This document shows positions 53,456 through 64,000 of a DNA stretch of 64,000 nucleotides, one piece after another. The stretch is taken from NCBI RefSeq assembly GCF_006345805.1, contig NC_043004.1:73160001-73224000 (forward strand). Reading direction: 5' to 3'. The stretch comes from Octopus sinensis. Its lineage: Eukaryota. The notes under the pieces were generated by a model. It had not been told where the DNA came from. It was given only the letters and a program-made list of their open reading frames with translations, and did not search any database. The translations under genes were made by a program, and so were the position numbers. The stretch's first letter is position 1; the number at the start of each line of letters is the position of its first letter.

Positions 53456-54704
53456 CAGGATGTCCCAAAGAAATGTATAAACACTGCAGCAGCTCATAAC
53501 TCAATTGATATTTTTTCTTTCCAGATCAAACTCATCGAAATTAATGATGGCAGTGAGACTAAGCTTTGAACAAAGGACATCCATTCTAAAATGCTACTGA
53601 AAATATGAAAGCGCTGTTGAAGTGCAAAGACAATTTAGGAGGGAGTTTCAAACAGATCCACCAACGCGACTTACCATCACTCGAATTAGAGATAAGTTTG
53701 AAGCCGATAGAACTGTTCAGAGTGTCCACGAGAATCGTTCCGGAAGACCACGAACATCGGCAACCCCCACAAAGCAAGAAGGAGTGCTGGAAACATATCA
53801 CCTAAGTCCAAGAAAATCTGTGCGGCAAGCGAGTCGTGAGGCAGGTATTTCAAAATCGTCTGTCCAACGCATTTTGAAGCGTTGTCAATGGAAAAGTTAC
53901 GTTCCAGGATTAATTCATGCTATTAATGACGATGATCCAGACCTAATTGAGTAGTATTTCGAGTGGAGCAAAAGATGCACACTTACTAATAAAGATCGTG
54001 TGGAATGATGAGGCCACATTCAAATTAAATGGTTCAATTAACTTCCACAATTGCACCTAGTGGGGACCTGAGAATCCACATGTTATGGTGGAACACCACG
54101 TTAACTTACCAGGAGTTACAGTGTGGTGTGGCTTATCATCAAGAGGGTTAACTGGACCATCCTTTTTTGATGCTACTGTGACTGGTCCCGTTTCCTTGAA
54201 CTTGCTGCAACAGTCTGTCATGCCAAGCTTTAGAGAAGACTTTGAAGATGAGGAGTTTTATTTTCAGCAAGATGGGGCATCCCCACACTACTATCGCAAT
54301 GCTAGATCCTTCCTTGATGAGCCCTTGCCAAACAGGTGGATTGGACGAAAGGATTTAAGACCCTCCACGTTCACCAGACCTCACACCACTAGAATGTTTT
54401 GATGGAGATACCTAAAAGACAAAGTCTACGCTGTGAAACCCGAAACAGTCGCTGATTTCAGAGCAGCCATTGAACAAGAATGCACACAAATACCAAATGA
54501 ATTGTTTCGTTATGTTTGCGATTCCATTGCTTCGCGTTGTCAGCAGTGCCTGGACCAGAAAGGACGTCAGTTTGAAAACAGGCGTTGACAAAACAATAAA
54601 GTTATGTCTGTAGATTCTATTAAATTTTGAAAATGAAATGTATTTAAATAAACACCTACTTTACAATTATTTAAAGTGTGTATACATTTTGGCGGGATAC
54701 CCTG
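53456..54704 (+). mobile_element. Near full-length Tc1/mariner transposon, DD41D (rosa/visitor)-like, pseudogenised
   Basis: Imperfect TIRs with TA flanks; transposase ~53547-54588 with [28 protein letters not shown]...RWIGR...[10 protein letters not shown]; catalytic spacing estimated across a frameshift. Confidence 0.85.
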
Positions 54705-54706
54705 TA

Positions 54707-54900
54707 TATAAAACAGAGGATGGGTGTTTGTCATGTGGTTAAAACTCGAGATTCACCCAACCGATTTTAATGAAATCTTACACATGCATTACATAGGGTC
54801 CACGGAGTGTCATGGGCTAAAACATTTTCAACTTCTTGCCTAATGAGGGCCCAGAGGCAGATAACCGCATTTTTAAGCATTTTCGCAGCGTTAAGGCCCG
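54707..54900 (+). repeat. Dispersed repeat, possibly Helitron/DINE-like; second copy 56690-56830
   Basis: Shared aaaactcgaga...ttacacatgcatt...ggagtgtcatgggc..aaacattttcaacttcttgcc. Confidence 0.55.
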
Positions 54901-55551
54901 TAACTTGAACAGTATCCAGTCGCTTTCCTCCCAATTTGCTACAAACATTAATCAGGAACCTCGAATTGCTGTTGACTCAAAAAATGTCCGACGCCGATAA
55001 TGTCCCCCATCCCACCCAAAACAAATGCAGATTAGTAAGATTTGAGTATTTTGCACTGGGTTTAATCGTTGTTTTAAGCCATTTTCCGACGATGAAATAT
55101 TGACACTACTTATGCATTAAAAGTAGCGTATAATATTTCATGAAAACCATTTTTGTTCAATTTGGCAGAGGAAATGAGAAGAAAATTAAAATTATTGTCG
55201 GCGTCTTGTTGATGCTTCATGTTACCATCCAGCGTACCACCGGGCCATGTGCGTGTGTGTGCGGCTGGATAAAGGCACAACAAACCCATTCATCCATTCT
55301 CCAGAAGTGCCCTGTTGATGTTTCACGTTTCCAATCCTGCGCAACACAGCATGACCCGGCAACATGTCTGCTTTCTATGTCATCCATGTCTGAACTATAT
55401 AATGCAAAATGTTCATAGAAAGAGACAAACTGCTGTTCTAACTCACAGCCATTTGAGTTTGACAGGGTGACCACTTCCAGAAGCTACGCTTGCCACCTGC
55501 AATTAGTCCCACCCCCCGTGTTCCTCCCCCGTTTAGTCGGACGAGTAAGTT

Positions 55552-56040
55552 CGGGGTGTCCCAGAATTAATGATGAGTTGAGTGAAATCAGATGCATTTT
55601 TTAAAAACTCACTTTTATTCATGTCTATCATGTTTAATATGTATTAAAAGTGTATAAATTTTGAATTTTGTTTATAATTATATTTTCATTCCTGTTGGAC
55701 CCCTCTTGTTTGTCCATGACAGCTTTTTTTGTTTTCAATTTGGCAGCAATCCTTTTCTTTACCTCCATCCCCAAGATGGAGCAATCGTTTAGCTGAGATT
55801 AAAGAACACATTCAGTTAGCAGTGCAGGAGCTAAATCCGGAAATGCTTCAAAGTGTGTTTCACAACGCTAAGGGGAGATTTGAAGCATGCAAGAATACAG
55901 ACATGTTGAAAATTTTCAATAAAAGTTTGACGTAAGATTTATAAATCTGTTTGGTTTGGTAATAAACATAAAATTCTGACATGTCTTTTTAAAATTTGCT
56001 CAATTTCAATGAAACAGATAATTAATTCTGGAACACCCCG
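55552..56040 (+). mobile_element. Tc1/mariner deletion derivative (489 bp)
   Basis: 20-bp TIRs cggggtgtcccagaattaat / attaattctggaacaccccg; C-terminal remnant AEIKEHIQLAVQELNPEMLQSVFHNAKGRFEAC. Confidence 0.85.
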
Positions 56041-56126
56041 TATGTATGTATGTATGTATGTATGTATGTATGTATGTATGTATGTATGTATGTATGTATG
56101 TATGTACGTACGTATGTATGTTTGTG

Positions 56127-56520
56127 TCAGGTCACTTTCGAGTGCTACTGGTAACATGTAACCCAGTACAACCTGTTGCATGGTCGGGTCGTCGGCGACT
56201 AAACCGGCAACCCCACCAAGCTCGCTTGGTGAGGAGGGTGTTTATTGGTCACCCTACGGGATGAAAAACAAAACCCGTCAAAGGGCGGAGGAACTCTTGA
56301 GAGTCAACGGCCATCCAATAAATGTCTTAAAAATGTATCATGCGCGGGGACATAGAAATAATTGGACTGAATACCCGATCGCGCGGTTAAACCATTGGGA
56401 GTGAAGGACTCCTAGCCTTTGTTAGGGCATCCTTCTAGGAGAAGGAAACTCAGGTAACTGGGATAACTCCGACATAAAACCTGTGGCTCAGTGGTTACCG
56501 ATGATGTTGACTTGTTCTTC
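56127..56520 (+). mobile_element. Possible RTE-clade LINE 5' UTR fragment
   Basis: gttagggcatccttctaggagaaggaaactc resembles RTE 5' UTR motif as recalled; GC-rich hairpins. Confidence 0.4.
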
Positions 56521-57217
56521 TTTTCGGATTAAGGCTGCTGTTGCTTAGTGAGTGAGACTGACTCAGTGCACAGCCTTTCTTCACTTTAAAAAAAATCTTC
56601 TTGCACAGGCATTGCACGATAACAACATTGATTAAGCTTCGTGCAATGGCCATACTCGATAACGAGGGGGCAGCCACCATGTATGTATGAGTGAAACACT
56701 AAAACTCGAGAAATACCCAGCCAATTTCATTCAAGTTTTACACATGCATTATTTATGGTCCATGGAGTGTCATGGGCCAAAAACATTTTCAACTTCTTGC
56801 CAAATGTGGGCCTGGAGCAATCTCTTCGGTATCACGTGTCAAAAGTGAAACAATGACATCTCTATTGTAATGGGATATAATATTGTTTCACTTTTATTCT
56901 TTCACTTTCAAAACCATAAACATCATCCTATTTTACCCATTTACCGTTCAATTACAGGTTAATATTTATCGTAGCAGTTGCAACGTGTTTACAGATATAT
57001 AGTAAGCCTTAAATTAACATTTAAACTATATAATTCTTTGTCTGTCTGTCTGTCTGTCTGTCTGTAATCACAACAGCGACAAGGTGATCGCCTTTTCTTT
57101 AGCAAACCTGATGTTGCTTTAGGGATACATATAGATATAGATATAGATACATATACATATATATATTATATATAAATATATATATATGTGTGTGTGTGTG
57201 TGTATGTATATGTATAC

Positions 57218-57272
<55 letters not shown>

Positions 57273-57294
57273 CATATGTGTGTATATATATATC

Positions 57295-57497
57295 TTTTAC
57301 TCTTTTACTTGTTTATTTTCACTGTGGCCACGCGGGAGCTCAGCCTTTAGTCTAGCAAATCAACCCCAGGACTTATTCCTTGTAAGCCTAGTACTTATTC
57401 TATTGGTCTCTTTGGCCGAAGCGCTAAGTTACGGGGACGTCAACACACCGGCATCGATTGTCAAGCGATGTGGGGGGACAAACACAGATACACAAAC

Positions 57498-57532
<35 letters not shown>

Positions 57533-57663
57533 CATATATGCAACGAGCTTCTTTTCAGTTTCCGTTTACCAAATCCACTCACTCCTGCGCCTATATATAT
57601 ATATATGATATATGTATGTATATATATACATATACATGTATATTTATATATACATATATACAT

Positions 57664-57697
<34 letters not shown>

Positions 57698-58025
57698 GCA
57701 TATATGTATGTATGCATATATACTATAGCCTCAGGCCGACCGAGACCTTGTGAGTGAATTTGGTAGACGGACACTGAAAGAAGAATGTCGTATATATGTG
57801 TATATTTATGAGTATAAGTATGTGTGTCTGTGTTTGTAACCCCACCATCTCTTGCCAAACGATGTTGGTGCATTTACGCACTCGTAATCTAGTGGTTCGG
57901 CAAAGGACACCGATAGAATAAGTATTAGGCCTACAAAGTATAAATCTCGGGGTCGATTTGTTCGACTAAAGGCGGTGTTCCAGCATGGCCGCTGTCAAGT
58001 GTCTGAAACAAGTAAATGAATAAAG
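57295..58025. mobile_element. Divergent pair of SINE A copies (57295-57592 minus, 57721-58025 plus)
   Basis: Family motifs on opposite strands separated by TA/CA microsatellite. Confidence 0.8.
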
Positions 58026-58213
58026 GACTATGCCATTTTAATCCCGATCAACGCTTGGTATAAGTGTGTGTATAAGCGTGAGTGTGTCTGTGTGTGTGTG
58101 TACATATATATATACATATAAATATATAAATGTATATACACACATATATATATATGACGGGTTGTTATACATATACATACGCGTGAACATCTATATCTAT
58201 GCATATATATCTG

Positions 58214-58295
<82 letters not shown>

Positions 58296-59337
58296 CACGT
58301 ATTTATATTATGTACTTATACATATATCTATGTGTGTATGTGCATCTTTGTGTTGTGTTTGTCCTCCACCACTCCTTAACAACCGGTGATAGTTTGTTTA
58401 CATCAAAGTAATTTAGCAATTCCGTAAAAAAAAACGATAAAATAAGTACTAAACACACATACATACTAACACGCGCACAACACACGCTCGCGCACCCACA
58501 AACACACCAAGAAACACACACACATACATATCTATATATTTTTTCCCTCTGACTATATTATGCTCAGGTCATGGTCATATGAATTTAATATTTAATTAGA
58601 TCCACTGAGTATTAATTGAAACGGCTGTAAGGGATGATGATGGATTTGTTGTTAATAATAAACAATTATTCCCAATATATATAGGCGACAGGCTTTCACT
58701 CAGTTTCCGTCTTCCAAATTCGCTCACAAAGCATTAATCGATCCAGGGCTAAAGTAGAAGACATTTGCCGTGTGTGCCTTCGGTGGGACTGAACATGATG
58801 CTATGTGGATGCAAAAGAAGCTTCTTAACCACATGGCCATGTAAACCAGCTGATAGGAGTCGTAAAATGTTCTGGAATACACACCATCTTACAATGGCAT
58901 ATGTTCATTATTAGCTGTTGATGTTACGTTTAATGTTTTATGACCTCCAAATGTTCCCGTTATGAGCCAGTTTGGTCATTGATCGAAAGCTCACTGCCGG
59001 AAATGACTTTCAGTAGAGGACAATCGTATGTTTGGGTTTTATCATAAATTTCCGGCGCCATATTTATAAATATTTGCGTGCATATGTGTGTTTTCGTGTG
59101 AATGTATATACATACATGTATGTATGCCTATATAGATAATATATAATGTGTGTATATATATATATACATACATCATAATGCAACATCCGGCATTTAAACA
59201 TACTCATGCGTCAACACACCGTAATAAACATATACAAAAGCAATCAAATAAATATTATGCACACATGCTCAAGCATGTATTCACACGAAACTAAAAATAT
59301 GCATGTATAAATGTGTGTATATGTATATATATGTGTG

Positions 59338-59373
<36 letters not shown>

Positions 59374-59556
59374 TGTATGTATGTATGTATATAAATCTCC
59401 ATTCTCCTTATCATTATAAATATTATAAATACATACATAAATATATATATATATATTTAAATATATGTGTGTGTACATATATAATGTATGTATGTATATG
59501 TATATATATATATATATATATATAATCTCATTTCTTCTCATCATAAAATATTATAA

Positions 59557-59650
<94 letters not shown>

Positions 59651-59695
59651 GTATGTATGTATATATGTATTTAAGTATATGTATGTATGCATGTA

Positions 59696-59745
<50 letters not shown>

Positions 59746-59929
59746 GATAGATATATATATATATATATAACATATATATATATACATATATATATTACAT
59801 ATATACACACGAATACATTGTATTTATAGTTTACTATTTCGTTATAAGTAGAATCAACAAAAAAAGTATCCCATCCACTGACAGATAAATATCATTAAAT
59901 ATACAAAGTGCTTTTTGCACGACGGGAAA

Positions 59930-60110
59930 AATGGTCAGCAGTATTTCGTCCGTTTTTACGTCCTGAGTTCAAATTCCACCGAGTTCACACTTTGCGTTTC
60001 ATCTTCAGGGGAGGTGGATGAAATAAGTACCAGTTGAGCACTGGGGTTTATGCAGTCGTCTTATACCCTCTGCCGAACTTGTTGGCCTTGTACCAATATT
60101 TGAAGCCAAT
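59930..60110 (+). mobile_element. SINE family B, 5'-diverged
   Basis: gtatttcgtcc...ctgagttcaaattcc...aaataagtaccagttgagcactgggg. Confidence 0.75.
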
Positions 60111-61792
60111 ATACACAGTATTTAAATATGAGCTACTAGTAGTTTCATGTTGTAGAAACACAATAATTCGGCAGAATTATATATCGTGTCTGCAAGCAAT
60201 CCTTCAGGTTTAAATATGTATGGCTAATCATTTTGAAAACCAGGATGCTGGTCTATGGGAAAACACAAGAAGAAAAAAACAAGAAATTGGATGCAAAAGG
60301 TGGAACGAGAAAACAAAATTTAAATAAAAACGGGAAAAAAGAAAGAAAAGATAAAACACTAAGAGTTACATGATCTTTATCTATTGAAATCATAAGTGTA
60401 GCCGGTGAGAATAATTCATCAAGGAGGAAGCCAAATCCTGCGAGACAGCTTATAGGATATAATCCTATTTGTAATTTGTACTTTCAAAGATGCTTACGTA
60501 CACGTCTACATTTCGACACGAGCTCTAGTCTTTTTTCCCATTACCTCATAGGTTGTGAAGTATGTATTTGTGTGTAAACATGTTTGTGTGTAGCACAGCG
60601 TATGTCATTTTGTATTGACAATCAGTGCTAATCCAGCTCATCTATAAATCCTATGTAATCTACTGAACAACTAGGTGATGTGGTACATTAATTTAGTGTT
60701 CCAGATATACTGGTGTTTCGAACCACCCAAGTCATTGTGATGTACACTTTTATCGTATGGAGTGGTTCTTGCACATCCAACGCCCATGTGGAAGCTTTCC
60801 TCGTTAGCTTGCTGTTGTTATTGCTGTTGCTAAGGAGGAGGTGAAGGAAGAGGTTAGAAAGATTGAAAAGGAAGACATCGTACCTGTGATCACGATGACA
60901 GTGGTGGTGGGGGATTATGGTTGTGGTGGCAGATGTTGTTACTGTTTCTCATCACTACGTCATCCCTGATCGAGTAGACCAATGATCAAAGGTATGCTAT
61001 CCGTGACCATCCTCTCTAATTCCTATAGCAAAGAATTATCCTGCACCGCCCGTCTTTTGAGATGCGATAGGGTGTGATGTAGCAACTATTTCTAGCATGC
61101 CAGGTGATAAAGTACAGAGGCACCCCCGTTAACTTACAACAGTATTGAAACGGTTTCTGGAAATGGTTGTGGTGATGGCTGCGGTGGCGGTGACGGTGGC
61201 GGCGGCGGTGGTGGTGGTGGTGTTAACGGTCGTAGTGAGGGTGGTTATGGTGGTGGTATAAATGAAATCAATGGCGGCACTCGTGGTGGTATTCAATGAG
61301 AAAGAAAGACATTTAAAACTATGTGCAATCACGTATCCGTGAAATCAGCTGAACAAAGAGATTCGCTCAGACACATTTTGACCAACTCCACAAACTGATA
61401 GTAGAAACGAAAATATCTTAAAGCCTGTTTGTGGAGGGTCTGGTGAGGAGGGGGTGGGGCATCGGTTGTAGTGGATTTGGTAGTGGGGGTCTTGGTGGTG
61501 GTGGTGGTGGTGGTGGTGGTGGTGGTGGTTGTCTAGTAATGTGGTGGAAGTGGAGGGTGTGTGGAATCGGTAGTGTTTTTTGCGAAGGTGGTAGTGGTGA
61601 TGTTTGGCTATCGTTTAGCGATGTTTGTTGTTACTGCTGTAGGTGGTGATGGTGGTGGTGGTGGTGGTGGTGGTATTGTAGCAGTAACAGTGGCAACGGC
61701 GGCGATGAGGAAAGAGAAGAAGAGTGATGTTGTTTACACGGCAGTGATGTTGATGGTTATGATAGATACACTTGTAGCACTTGAGGATTCTG

Positions 61793-62268
61793 ATGGAGGC
61801 GATGGAGACGGTGGAGGCGATGGAGACGGTGGAGGCGGTGGAGGCAATGGAGACGGTGGAGACGGTGGAGGCGGTGGAAGCGATGGAGACGGTGGAGGCG
61901 ATGGAGACGGTGGAGGCGGTGGAGGCGATGGAGACGGTGGAGGTGATGGAGACGGTGGAGACGGCGGAGACGGTGGAGGCGATGGAGACGGTGGAGGCGA
62001 TGGAGACGGTGGAGGCGGTGGAGACGGTGGAGGCGGTGGAGACGGTGGATACGGTGGAGGCGGTGGAAGCGATGGAGACGGTGGAGGCGGTGGAGACGGT
62101 GGAGGCGATGGAAGCGATGGAGACGGTGGAGGCGATGGAGACGGTGGAGACGGTGGCGGCGGTGGAGACGGTGGAGACGGTGGAGGCGGTGGAAGCGATG
62201 GAGACGGTGGAGGCGATGGAGACGGTGGAGGCCGTGGAGACGTTGGAGACGGTGGAGACGGTGGAGGC
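61793..62268. repeat. 9-bp-unit GC-rich minisatellite (ggagacggt/ggaggcgat/ggaggcggt)
   Basis: direct reading; embedded in (GGT)n-rich low-complexity region. Confidence 0.93.
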
Positions 62269-62485
62269 AACAGTTCTAGCCCGAAGTTACAATTGGAGAT
62301 GAGGGGATTGTTATTGGTGGTGGTGGTGATGGTGGTGGTGATGATAGTGGTGATGGTGGAGGTTGTAGTGTAGACAGTGAAGAGGGTGGTAGATGTCAAG
62401 AAAAAAATGAGAAAAGAATTAAAGGAAGGAAAGAAGGAAAGAAAAGAGCAGAAAAGGTAAGAGAACGGGGACGGGGGAAGAAGAA

Positions 62486-62520
<35 letters not shown>

Positions 62521-62992
62521 TGAATGATTCTTAGGTGAGATTATCATCGGAATGCGTTTATCATATGAGGTATAAATGTTCAACGCACATTAACGCGAAA
62601 GAAAAGTCGTTTGACAGTTATTTCACTTTAGAAGCATCCATTTTTCTTTCACCGAAAGAAAGAATTCTGTGGAAAAACGACATAAATAAAAGAACTAAGT
62701 TAGCAATAATTCTAAAACGGTGTGAAAAGAGAAAGAAAGGATGATGTTGCTTGCTAGCAATCGGTTGAATATCTTACAAAGATAGGCAGATCGCGCCCGA
62801 CTGAGCACAAGATCTTTCAGTGTAATTGGGTGGTTACATAATTACGTATTCCCACAGAAGGGAAATAAACCGACAGAGAAATTCGGCACACAAAAAAAAT
62901 CGGCGAACACAAAGAGACTCATAACCGAGAGTGGAGATATGTGTGTGTGTGCGTGTGTACATATTCATAATGCGTATAGTTATATATACATA

Positions 62993-63052
<60 letters not shown>

Positions 63053-63239
63053 ATATATATATAAACAAGTTTACATATACATATGTATATATATATATAT
63101 ATTCATATATACATATAAAGGCATATATATATGTATAGATGCATACATATATATATGTACGTATGTATGTATCTATGTATGTGTATATATACATATATAT
63201 ACATACATATATATGTGTGTATGTGTGCGCGCGCGCGTA

Positions 63240-63274
<35 letters not shown>

Positions 63275-64000
63275 CATATACATTAAGTAAAAAATAAAAT
63301 GAATGGATATTACATACATACAGACGCACACATATACACGTATAAAAATGTGTGTATGTGTGTTTATTGACATTTATATACACAGTGTTTGTGTGTTTAT
63401 ACACACACACACGTATTTATATGTATAGACACACACACACAAATATATATATAATACATATAAATATGCACGCACACTCTGTCAGACACACATATACCCA
63501 TTAAATGCGTTTATCAAATGAAAAGAATCAGAAATGAGTGTGTACACATATTCATATATAAGGTATATATATATATATATACATGTATTATATATATATG
63601 TGTGTGTTATTTGTGTTTGTTATGTATATGTGTGTACGTGCGTGTGTTCGTGTATCTATTAGTACACATACACATAGCCATTCACATTCAATATGTTTAT
63701 TAAATAAAATGAATTACACGTATCAATATATGTGTATGTTTATAAACTGTGCTTGTGTGTGCGTATACATTCATTCATATACGCATAGAAACATACATGC
63801 ACACATGTTTATATACATACATATATATACGCACGTTTATGTCCTTTCAACGTGCTTATTAAATAAAAAGAATTACAAGTGCGCGTATTCACGTCTTTAT
63901 GGAGAGGGGGTGTTCTGTATCTGCACATACGTGCGCTGTAGTGTTGTAATACACACACATACACACATGCACATACAAATATATACACATCCAGTGTTTT

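Noticed and set aside
61561-62399. Gly/Asp-rich, Pro-rich (extensin-like) and METVEA-repeat ORFs
   Set aside because: All three arise from one 9-bp minisatellite open in several frames; no splice or domain support.

Overview
This is an AT-rich, repeat-saturated animal genomic window. The SINE families and microsatellite load suggest a cephalopod, probably Octopus, but that is inference. No intact host protein-coding gene can be supported; there is one weak candidate exon at 52.6 kb. The window contains three R4/Dong-clade (RT plus restriction-like endonuclease) LINE copies inserted into (TAA)n tracts, a rearranged Penelope-like element (RT plus GIY-YIG), a second PLE GIY-YIG remnant, and an L1/Tx1 3' fragment. 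It also holds several Tc1/mariner relics and MITEs, a Helitron-like element, about 20 tRNA-derived SINE copies and abundant microsatellites. The main unannotated signal is a set of minimal type-I hammerhead ribozyme (HHR) motifs with palindromic stem III from at least four to five unrelated sequence families. These include a canonical core with an extra A, a long-stem-II form, and a form with a compensatory A3-U8 core pair. They repeatedly sit in outward-facing inverted-repeat or palindrome structures. One family appears to be a tRNA-headed (Pol III-type) HHR-bearing non-autonomous element, with a 15-bp TSD and a 5' inversion, whose internal (AAT)n tract is itself the landing pad for R4/Dong LINEs. 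All structures were read by eye; no folding, alignment or database search was run.
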